A stretch of DNA of 64,000 nucleotides, taken from Eremomyces bilateralis CBS 781.70 (lineage: Eukaryota). Of this stretch, positions 24,218 to 34,848 are shown in pieces; the first letter of the stretch is position 1; the number at the start of each line of letters is the position of its first letter. The notes below the pieces were generated by a model. It made no database searches. It was not told where the DNA came from and saw only the letters and a list, made by a program, of their open reading frames with translations. The stretch lies in the NCBI GenBank assembly GCA_010015585.1, contig ML975149.1. One strand, given 5' to 3'. The position numbers were made by a program, and so were the translations under genes.

Positions 24218-26761
24218 ATGCCTCCAGAAAGTGCTGACACCGCGCCATCCCTGCGACGGCGGCGCGCGAAAATGGCATGTAAAACATGCAACTCGCGCCG
24301 GGTGCGCTGCAATGTCCTCGAAATGAGACCTTGCGCCAACTGCGCAGCAGCTGATATCGCCTGCGAGCTACTACCTTCCAGGAGAGGAAAGTGGGTGCAA
24401 GAGAAGTTCGCGGATATGAATCTAGACTCACCTTGACCTACCTATAGATACCAACGGAAGAAACCCCAGAATACATCACCATCTGTCGCCCGATCTTCCC
24501 GATCTGAAGCCCTTTCACCGAGTAGCCCACAGCCTCAGTTCTCACCTAGCGTGGGCGCGGCCGGGCTTCCGAGTATTGAGCAACGGCATTCAGTTGCCTC
24601 CCACACCGGTATCCCTTCTCCACAGGCCTCTCCACAGGCCGGCGGAATACAAACACATGACGTCGGACCGCAAGCCAACGCGTCGGAGGTCGCCCAGGCG
24701 CAAGCCGCCGAAACGCATATCGTTCAAACGCAAACTACCGAAACGCAGGCCATGGACAGGACCTTGTTCTTTGGCGAGTCAAACTTCTTAACCTGTGTTG
24801 CCGGCGAACGATTCGGCTTGCCGCAGCCCTCCAGTGTGTCCACACAACCAAAGAACAGACTCTCCTACCCGATTTCGGATGCCATCAACCTCAAGGCTTC
24901 AAAAATGTACGCGGCCAGGAATCCCCAAATAAGCTCCTTGAGACACGAATATCTGCGCAGCGAGGGAGCTTTCACTTATCCCGAGCTACAAGATAGCTTA
25001 CAAGTGCTACGAGCATATTTCCGCTGGTTTCATCCATGTTTTCCAATTCTCGACAGGTCCGAGATAGCGGGGATGGTCAAAAGTGGTGAGATATCTCCAC
25101 TGCTGTACCAGGCTATCCTGTTCGTTGGAACCAGCTATTGCGACGAGGAGACTGTTCACCGTATGGGTTTTAGAGATCGCCCCGAGGCGAAAGCCAAGCT
25201 CTATAATCGGGCCAGGCTCTTGTTTGATGCCGATTGGGAGTCGAATAAGGTGGCAGTTCTCCAATCTTTGTTCTTAATGAGCTTCTGGCGAGCTGGGCCC
25301 CTCAACGAGAAGAATTCCAGATACTGGCTTGGAGCAGCAATTGGCCTTGCTCAGACTCGCGGGTTTCATAGAGCGTAAGTTTTCGTGTGGAGCCGGTTCC
25401 CGGATATCTGTTAAGAATAAGCTGCAGGGCACAAAGTACCACAGTAGGGGCAAAGCAAGCTAAAATGCGGAGACGGATATGGTGGTCCATCTATGTATAT
25501 CTCTCAACCCTCTGCATACACCTCCGGCTAACACCTTCCCCAAGGTCCGAGACCGCCAATCTTCAGCATCACTAGGCTTGCCAAGCCGAATACGAGATGA
25601 AGACTGTGATGTTCAAATGCTCAGTCCTTTGGATCTCGAGGAAGAGGAGCCCGAGGGATCCGCCTCGGATATCTTTGGCAATAACGAACCTGGCCATATT
25701 CTGTATGCCCTAGAGATGGCCAAATTGGCCAAGTTGCGTACGTGTGATGGTATTTGCCGACTCCAACACAACGATTTAACATTTGAGGACAGTCGGGAAG
25801 ATCATAACCAACCAATTCACCCCTGGCGACAGCTACCTTGATAAAGACGAAAGATCGAGACTTTCCGAGGCGCTGGTACTGTGGAAGTCCGAGTTGCCAG
25901 AAAACATGCGTGAATGCAACTCCGAAAGTAGACCTGGCATGATCTGGACCTACTTGCTCCATCTAGCATACAAGTTAGTTCCCCCTCCCCAAAACAGCCA
26001 TGCTAATGACGACATGAAGTAACCTACATATCTACCTTCACCGACGAGCATATGTCAGACCTCTCAACGAGGGTGACACGCAGGCTGGTCAAGTCGCTCT
26101 TCAAGCGGCGCGCCGGATTACTAGAATCGTCGAAGACATGTTGTCGCAAGACTTGGTGAGGTTTGGTCAACTGCACGTGTAAGTAGCGGAGTATCCCGAG
26201 ATATTATGAGGAGAATCTAACCATCTGACTAGAATCACAAGTCTATTCGCCTCCCTTTGCATCCACACCATCAGTCTCCAGCGATCCAAGGACACCACGC
26301 GGAGGCTGGCAGAGCACCGAGCTCAAATGTGCCTGCTCGGTCTAAAAGAGATCCAGAAGTACTGGGAGGTCAACAACCTCGTCCTCGAATTATTCTTCCA
26401 GTACTTGGATGAATCAACGGCGAAGAGGCTTCGTGCATCGGAATTAGAACCCGTATCCGAAGCCGTGCCGGAAAATAATCCCGCACTCCAACCAGTTCCA
26501 AGTCAGCAATCCTTAGGACCGAACTCGTCACTCGACGAAGTAGCCGTATCGCCACTTGACCATGCTGGCCTACCTCATAACCAAGAGTTATCACTAGGCA
26601 CGCATCCTGCATTCAGTGAGGATACACTATTCCTCGATATGCCACAAAACCTGTATCAAAATAGCACGGCAGATCCGTATGCGTTTTTAATGGATTCGCA
26701 AACACCCATAAATGATGGACTCGATATGCAGGGCTTGCAGTTTCTTCAGCGCTGTCTTTGA
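24218..26761 (+). CDS. Zn2Cys6 binuclear cluster transcription factor with Fungal_trans domain; multi-intron
   Basis: ACKTCNSRRVRCNVLEMRPCANCAAADIAC; YFRWFHPCFPILDR; RRRIWWSIY-VRDRQSSASLGLPSRIRDEDCDV. Confidence 0.92.
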
Positions 26762-27230
26762 GACGACTGGCAGTACTCGACACACTGGAATGGAATTTTG
26801 CATGGAGCGGCAATGGTGTGGTCAACCTTGGAAGCAACTGGAGCCACCATTACTGCCGCAGCCTTGCGCCCGAACTCGAGTAGGATAGAAGCGAGCATTG
26901 GGTTTCTACCGTTCATTGCGAAGCATTGAAATGCTTACAACTTCAGTTGGATTACCAAGTACCGCCGTCACGTGCCAAGAAACCGAGTCAAATTGGCTAC
27001 TCGTTCTGGTTTTGGTGGTGGAATTCGACCTCCGGGCACTGGTGCAAGGTCCGGCTCGATCACCAGCATGTGCCAAGAGGCCGAGTCGAGTCGGCTATAA
27101 GCCCAAGGCTCTGATGCATATATCCGGCTGTACGTACCGAAGGACATTACACTGTACGACTTATCGTTTATAATTGTCCATGTTTCGCCTTTCAACAAAG
27201 GATCGACTTTTTCAATCTCACCAAGTTATT

Positions 27231-28577
27231 ATGTTTTCACCGACGGCGAGAAGTCTTTTGCGGCTAGGCCACTCCCAACTCTCCTCATGGCGATCTCTCC
27301 AGTCCCTTCCGGCCGGTGCTTGCCGCATGTTTTCAATTCTGACATCTCACAGGCACCTCATGGAGACCACAGGCTTCACTGAAACCCAATTGACGGTCCG
27401 GGAAGCCGTTTCACAAGTTTGCTCTCAGTTCCCCAACACCTACTGGCAGGAACGTGACCAAACGGAGCAAGATCCTAAAGAATTCCATGCTGCCCTAGCA
27501 CAGGACGGGTGGCTTGGCGTAGCACTCCCGGAGGCGCTTGGCGGATCAGGATTGGGGATCTCGGAGGCGACGCTCATGATGCAAACCATCGCCGAGAGTG
27601 GTGCAGGCATGGCCGGCGCACAAGCCATTCACGCCAATGTCTACGCAACGCAGCCGTTGGCGAAGTTTGGTACCAAGAGTCAAGTGGAGGGTACAATACC
27701 CAACATCATATCGGGTGAATGGCGCGTTTGTTTTGGAGTGACGGAACCGAATGCCGGCCTGGACACGTTGCGGTTATCCACCACGGCAACCAAACTGACC
27801 GATGGCTCCTATCGCATCGACGGGCAAAAGATCTGGATCACATGTGCTCAGGTGGCTTCGAAAATGATTCTTTTGGCAAGAACCACCCCACTAAACGAGG
27901 TCAAGAAACCCAGTGAGGGACTATCTCTGTTCTGTATCGATCTGGACCGCGATCAGCCGGGCCTAGACATGCGCAAGATTAAGAAGCTTGGGGGAAGAGC
28001 CGTCGATGCGAACGAGGTGTTCTTCGAGAACTACGTTGTTCCCGAGAATGCGCTGATCGGGCAAGAGGGGCAGGGTTTCAAAGTTATTCTACACGGGATG
28101 AATGCAGAACGATGCCTTCTCGCTGGCGAGGCGCTTGGTCTTGGCTACGCAGCGATCAACAAAGCTGCTCAATATGCTCGCGAACGCGTCGTCTTCCGAC
28201 GCCCCATCGGGCAGAACCAGGGCATTGCACACCCGTTGGCCGACGCATACATGAAACTCGAGGCCGCCAAGCACGCGACTTACCACGCCGCCAGACTCTA
28301 CGACGAGAGCGGGAAGCAGTTGGATGGCCATGGCAGCGGCATAACTCAAGAGTCGGTGGGCGTGGCGTGCAATTCCGCCAAATATATGGCGGCTGAAGCC
28401 GCATTCAATGCCTGCGAGAACGCAGTTCTCACGCATGGGGGAATGGGATATGCAGCAGAATATGATGTCGAACGGTGGTTCAGGGAGAGCCTCGTTCCGC
28501 GAATCGCGCCGGTGAGCCGCGAGATGATCCTCAACTATATCAGTGAGAAGGTGTTGCGGTTGCCGCGGAGTTATTAG
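27231..28577 (+). CDS. Acyl-CoA dehydrogenase, intronless, predicted mitochondrial presequence
   Basis: CFGVTEPNAGLDT, GQKIWIT, GMNAERCLLA, RVVFRRPIGQNQGIAHPLAD, HGGMGYAAEYDVERWFRE. Confidence 0.93.
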   Translation: MFSPTARSLLRLGHSQLSSWRSLQSLPAGACRMFSILTSHRHLMETTGFTETQLTVREAVSQVCSQFPNTYWQERDQTEQDPKEFHAALAQDGWLGVALPEALGGSGLGISEATLMMQTIAESGAGMAGAQAIHANVYATQPLAKFGTKSQVEGTIPNIISGEWRVCFGVTEPNAGLDTLRLSTTATKLTDGSYRIDGQKIWITCAQVASKMILLARTTPLNEVKKPSEGLSLFCIDLDRDQPGLDMRKIKKLGGRAVDANEVFFENYVVPENALIGQEGQGFKVILHGMNAERCLLAGEALGLGYAAINKAAQYARERVVFRRPIGQNQGIAHPLADAYMKLEAAKHATYHAARLYDESGKQLDGHGSGITQESVGVACNSAKYMAAEAAFNACENAVLTHGGMGYAAEYDVERWFRESLVPRIAPVSREMILNYISEKVLRLPRSY

Positions 28578-28656
28578 CAAATCTAGCGTGTTAGTAGGTA
28601 CTCTCTGTGCGTCATCTAATGTGGCTCAGCTGAAAGAGCTATTGAATTAATGTTGA

Positions 28657-30158
28657 GATGGAACAATCACCATTTCTTCGACACGATATAACCGCCCCGA
28701 CCTCTATTTCCAACGGCACGATAACGGCGAGGCCTTCTACCCGTTCGATCATATTCTCCCCGCTTCAATCTCCTTGAATGTGCTGCGCGAGGTCCTGGTT
28801 TTGGCAACCGATATCCACTGTCTTGCTTGTAAATGCCTGGATGAGTTTCTTCGACGGACGCGACAGCTGAAGCCGTATACATTACTGAAACCAGTGACAT
28901 TAAGCCGAACCGGGAATGAGTGTCTGCGCCAAGCGGACGAGGCATGGCATCAAGCCGAGAGGTACGAGCCCGTCGATGTTGGTCCGCCATCGTGGGTGGA
29001 ACTGGAACGCCTGACATGGGCGCTCTGGCGATGGCAGTTGCTCTCCATCGGGCGAGAAGATCCGGGTGATCCGTTGTCTTTACAACAGCTCTCTTCGGGC
29101 AAATCTAAACCAATCCACTCGGACGAGTTCCTCTCTGCAGTTCAGGATTGCCTCGCGGACCTTTACGAACGGTCGGCATCCAACTCGGCGGGAGATCACC
29201 GACAAGATCAATTCAACCACTTGCCATTCGTGCGGCCCATGCCTGAAAAAGCGGTTCAAGACCTTCCCCAGCCTGAGAAGGACGGACACTGGTCATACAA
29301 TTATCCTCGAGTGGCGTTCTGCGGCGGACAATATACGTTCAATGATATGTCGATGTCACCTGATTCACCACTACAGAAGACTACCTTTGGCCCTTATCGA
29401 CGCTTGGGCTTCGGGATCTGGGATCATAAAAGGCTTCATGCATTGGGTATGGTAAGAATCCCCCAGATATCCGAGTCTTACACTGCACACTTGGATTCCA
29501 TCCACAGTGGATATGGTCCGAACCGCGACCAGGTTTGGTTTTCTTGGCTGAGCATCATCCCAAAAGAGGAATTGTATGCGCTGGAAAACCTTACCGCCTA
29601 TGGCTGGCCCTGTTTGTAAACGATGAGGTGGATTGGTATACGCGTCTCGTTTACCGGCAGTACGGTCTCCGTCTGACACGAGAAAAACGATTCATGTTGC
29701 CTCCGAATAAATTTGAGGCTATCAAAGTCACCTACCGAGAGCTTTTCCTCAAGGTAGGAGTGCGCGCCGTCCATGACGCGGCGGTCACGGGAGAGCTCTT
29801 TGAACTGGCGCAACGGCATTTGAAAATCGAGGAGTGGATGCAGTTTGTGATGTCGAATAAACCGTTACGTCCAGCATACATCCGCCAAATGAGACGCGAG
29901 ATTAGAGAGCGTGAGTTGAGAGTCAATCTCAACTTGAATAGGGCGTTTTATGCTCCTATCATTGATCCATCGGTCCATGATCACCGTATATCCAGATCAA
30001 GAGTGAACACACCATCAGTGGAAAAGTACAAAGATACAGTGTATGATTTTAAGGACAAGTCTCCCAATCACGAATGCGGAAGCATGAGTTACGCAGCAGG
30101 TGTCAAACCCGCTTTCCGCACCCCCATATCTAGGAACACGCCCGCTGCAAACCAGTAG
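28657..30158 (+). pseudogene. 5'-truncated or frameshifted fungal hypothetical protein gene
   Basis: Long open frames 28657-29619 (PPSWVELERLTWALWRWQL, FGPYRRLGFGIWDHKRL) and 29535-30158, with no plausible ATG or promoter; abuts the ACAD stop codon. Confidence 0.45.
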
Positions 30159-30230
30159 TAATCATGAGAATCATAACGCCATGATCCCAAATGCAATCAC
30201 CACCGCTTCCTTCCTTCCATCCTTCCTTCC

Positions 30231-31986
30231 TTAATAGCTCCGTCCGAAGTTCACCCACTTCTTCGCGAACCGCCCGCACTCGGGGTTGATACAGCGCGTC
30301 TCCCCCTCGATGATGCCCGCGGGCTGCTCGAACGGGATGCACAGGCTCTTCGCGCCCATGCTCGGCGCCTTGGAGTCCTCGGGCGCGCCGTCCATCTCCT
30401 TGCGCGTGCTAAGGTCTTTGATCGTGTCCTCGCAATCGGGCTGCAGGCAGTGCGGGACGATGTTGACGTTTTTGTTGTTCAGACTGGGGACGAAGTCGTC
30501 CCAATTAGTCAACTGCTTGCGGTGCGCTTTGTACTGCGCGTCGATGCAGTTGTACATGTCTTTTTGGATGGTCTCGAGGAGGGCCGGGACGGAGGTGGCG
30601 AGGTCGGCGAGGGGGAGCTCGCCTTTGCCGTCTTTTTCTTGGTCGCGGCGCGAGGTGGTGGCGACGCCCTTAGCGAGGTCTTTGGGGCCGATCTCGAGCC
30701 GCAGCGGGACGCCCTTGAGTTCCCAGTCGTTGAATTTGTAGCCGGGGGAGTAACCCTCGCGCAGGTCCAACTCGACGCGCACGCCGGCGGATCGCAGCGA
30801 CGCGGCGACCTTGCGCGTCTCGCCGTACATGGTAGCGCGGTCCTCGTCCGAGGTCTTCGCGGTGATTCCGACGGGGACGATGACGACCTGGATTTCGGCG
30901 ACACGGGGGGGGATGACGAGGCCCTTGTTGTCGCTGTGGACCAAGACCATGACGCCGATGGACCGGGTGCTCAGGCCCCAGGAGTTCTGCCAGACGTGGA
31001 TGGGCGGCTTCCTCTCGCCATCGGCGCCCTTCGCGGAGGGATCCTCGACGGTGATGTTGAACATCTTGCTGAAGTGCTGGCCGAGGCAGTGAGATGTGCC
31101 GGCTTGAATCCCGCGTCCGGTCGCGGGGATATAGCCTTCGATGGTGGTCGTGTAATGCGCGCCGGGGAATTGCTCGGCCAAGGTTTTCCGGCCCTTGATG
31201 ACGGGGACGGCGAGCAGTTCCTCGTAGATGCCGGCGTAGTGGTCGAGGATCTCCAGCACCTCGCGGTCCGCCGCCTCCTCGGTCAAGTGTGCCGTGTGTC
31301 CTTCCTGCCACAGGAACTCTCGCGATCGGATGAAAGGCATGGGATGTTTGAACTCCCACCGGACCACGCTGTTCCACTGGTTCAGCTTCAGTGGGAGGTC
31401 GCGATGAGACTGGATTTTCTTCGCGAAGTAGCCGTACATGGCCGTTTCGGATGTCGGGCGCACGGCGACTTTTTTATCGAGCTTGCTTTTCCCACTGCTC
31501 AACCTGTTAGCAACCGATGGGATTTTCGCGATGGGTGACTCACCCTTCCGTGACCCAAGCGACCTCAGCCGCAAACCCTTCCACGTGGTCCTTCTCTCGC
31601 TGCAGGTTGTCTTCAGAGATGAACAAGGGGAAGTAGCAATTGCGCACGCCCATCGCCTTGATCTTCAGGTTGAACCATGCCTGTATCGACTCCCAGACGG
31701 CGTATGAGGCGGGTTCGAGGATGTAGCAGCCGGACACGTCGTAGTAGGAGATCATGTTGCCTTTCGTGAGGACTTGCGAATACCACTCGCCAAGATCGAC
31801 CTCCTTCGCGGTATCGATCCCGATGAGCGCAGCGCCCTCCATCTTCTTGGACTGCTGCTTGGGCTTCTGCTTGGGTTTGGCAGACAGGTCCTTGGGCGGC
31901 TTTGGGCCCTTTTTGTTGGGTTTGGTGCGGTCGGCGACATCCTTGGTGTTTTCCTTGGAGATTTCCTTGGAGATCGCGTCTGCCAT
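30231..31986 (-). CDS. Cytoplasmic prolyl-tRNA synthetase (eukaryote/archaeal type); intron about 31495-31543
   Basis: EKDHVEGFAAEVAWVT, AVRPTSET, QWNSVVRWEFK, FIRSREFLWQEGHT, QAGTSHCLGQHFSKMF, WQNSWGLSTR, C-terminal FGRSY. Confidence 0.96.
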
Positions 31987-32209
31987 ACCTAACTAGTGGT
32001 TCTTTGTCTTCGGGATATCCAGCGAGATATCGAGAGAGAGAAGGCTTCCTTTGCGATATTAGAGAAATTCCGTGGCGATCCCTGGTGGGGCAAAGATAAT
32101 TCTGAACACTCACCTGGACTTGGAGATAAGAAGACTGGAGAGTGAATGAATGGGATGAGCGAGAGACCAGGACACAGAGTGCAATGCCTAGGAACCGTGT
32201 CCAGACCTC

Positions 32210-32216
32210 TGAGTCA
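32210..32216. promoter_or_regulatory. Gcn4/CpcA response element TGACTCA in the divergent ProRS/CCT1 promoter
   Basis: Exact TGAGTCA 224 bp upstream of the ProRS ATG; aaRS genes are established Gcn4/CpcA targets. Confidence 0.5.
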
Positions 32217-32532
32217 CTCTCAACTCACAGTGCGAAATCTTGTTGTGAGTTGTGAAGAAGTCCGAGTCGCCTGCAGCTTCCATTTAATCTGTTATCAAGA
32301 GGGTCGCACCTGACCAAATCCCTTCGACCAATTCGTCGCCAAGACGCCAACACGGCAAATGGTGGTGGGGCGCTGGCCAGACCTCCAGTCCGGTCACGGG
32401 GTTTTTCCGAACGCCGACAAGAATTTCTCGTCCAGGGTTAAGGCATCACCGATTAGCACAGTACAGTGCAGTGCAGCTTCGCGTTAAGCTCCATTCACCG
32501 CGTATCAAGCTCTTTCTTTAATCCAACCAAAC

Positions 32533-34440
32533 ATGTCCGCCATATTCGAGGCTCCCCGGAATGCCGGAACACTATGTAAGTCATCAAAAAAAAGCGACGG
32601 TTTTGTATGGCGTATACTGACCTTGGGGGCTAGTCCTGGGTGGTACCAAGATCAGTGGACAGGACATCCGAGACCAGAACGTCCAAGCGACGCAAGCCAT
32701 TGCAAATGTGGTCAAATCGTCATTCGGCCCGTCCGGGTTGGATAAGATGATGGTGGATGATATTGGAGAGGTGACCGTGACCAACGACGGGGCTACCATC
32801 CTCAGCCTCCTCGACATCGAACACCCTGCCGGCAAGATATTAGTCGAGCTGGCCCACCAGCAAGACCGGGAAGTCGGAGATGGGACCACCTCCGTCGTGC
32901 TGATTGCGGCGGAGCTGTTGAAACGGGCGAACGAGCTCATGAAGAACCGAATACATCCTACAACCATCATCACCGGATACCGGCTGGCATTGAGGGAAGC
33001 GGTACGATTCATGTCGGAGAACATCAGCATCAAGGTCGAGAACCTAGGCCGTGACTCGCTCGTTAACATTGCCAAAACCTCCATGTCCAGCAAAATCATC
33101 GGCTCCGACTCCGATTTCTTCGCCAACATGGTGGTCGACGCCATGCAAGCCGTGCGGACCAACGCCGCCAAGAACGAGGTCAAATACCCCGTCAAGGCCG
33201 TCAACATCCTCAAATCCCACGGCCAGTCCGCCACCGAATCCCTCCTCGTCAAGGGCTACGCTCTCAACTGCACCGTCGCCTCGCAGGCCATGAAGACCCG
33301 CATCCCCGACGCCCGCATCGCCTGTCTCGACATGAACTTGCAGAAGGAGCGCATGAAGCTCGGCGTGCAGATCACCGTCGACGACCCGCAGCAGCTCGAG
33401 AAGATCCGTGAGCGCGAGTCTGGCATCGTGCTGGAGCGCGTCGAGATGATCCTCAAGTCCGGCGCCAACGTGGTCATGACCACTAAGGGCATCGACGACA
33501 TGTGCATGAAGCTGTTCATCGAGCGCGGCGCCATGGCCGTCCGCCGATGCAAGAAGGAGGACCTACGGAGAATCGCGAAGGCCACCGGCGCCACCCTGGT
33601 GAGCTCGCTGTCCGACCTGAACGGCGACGAGAAGTTCGACGCCAGCGCCCTGGGCATGGCCGAGGAAGTCGTGCAGGAGCGCATCTCCGACGACGAGTGC
33701 ATCCTGGTCAAGGGCACCAAGACCCATCCCTCCGCCTCCATCATCCTGCGCGGACCCAACGAGTACGCCCTCGACGAGATGGAGCGCTCCGTGCACGACG
33801 CCCTGTCCGCCGTCAAGCGCACCCTAGAAAGCGGCCGCATCGTCCCCGGCGGCGGCGCCACCGAGACGGCCCTCCACATCTACCTCGAAGAATGGGCCCG
33901 CTCCGTCGTAAGTCCCCCCTACCGCATAAACACTACATAAACACTATATAAACACCCCACATCAACATCGTGTCCTTATCAACGCTAACCTACACCTCCC
34001 AGGGCTCCCGCGAACAACTCCCCATCGCCACCTTCGCCACCGCCCTCCTCGCCGTTCCCCACACCCTCGCCATCAACGCCGCCCTCGACTCCTCCGAGCT
34101 CGTCTCCCAGCTCCGCTCGCGCCACGCCCTCTCTCAACGCACCGCCGACGCCGCCCCCGTCCCCGCCGCCGCCCAACAAGCCGCCCGCGACGCCGGCGCC
34201 GCCGCCACCGCCGAGGAAAAACTCCTCGCGAAGAAGAAGAACTACAAGTACTACGGCCTCGATCTGAGCACGGGCCGGGTCGCCGATATGGTGAAGTTGG
34301 GGGTGATGGAGCCGAGCATGAGTAAGGTGAAGCAGTTGAAGAGCGCCGTGGAGGCGTGCGTGGCCATCATGCGGATCGATACGTTGATTAAGTTGGATCC
34401 GGAGCAGCGCGGCGAGGAGGACGATGGACATGGGCATTAA
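32533..34440 (+). CDS. TCP1: T-complex protein 1 subunit alpha (CCT1); 2 introns
   Basis: [71 protein letters not shown]. Confidence 0.97.
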
Positions 34441-34848
34441 ACGGAAAAAAGGATGCGGGAATTGGCGTTTTTCAGAGGGATGGGATGAGCATCTGTAGAT
34501 AGATACCAATCGATCGCGACGGCACGGCTCGCTTCCTTGGCATCGACGAATGGGCGAGTTGATAGTCTCCCGCCACGAGGCGAAAGTGAGACGGATCAAA
34601 AGCATGGAATCGTGCTTGCGCTAATTAAGGATAGTCGGATATCATACAAGAATTGAAATCCTGTCGTGGATCAAGACGTTTTCCAGCGAAGGCGTTGCAT
34701 AAGACATATCCTCGTGTCGTGTCTCGTGTCCCTTCCATGAGAGCCTGTAGCCCCGAGAATCGCTTGAGCCCTCATAACCGTTCCCCAGATCAAACAGTGC
34801 AAAGAAAAGCCTCCAGCCCAACCTAATGCGACAAGACCCAACCCACCA

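Noticed and set aside
1..30000. Secondary-metabolite biosynthetic cluster or Starship element
   Set aside because: No PKS, NRPS or terpene synthase backbone and no tyrosine recombinase captain seen in the window
30286..33951. Long antisense and alternate-frame ORFs over ProRS and CCT1 (e.g. 30450-31538)
   Set aside because: Shadow ORFs caused by very high GC3 codon bias of the real genes
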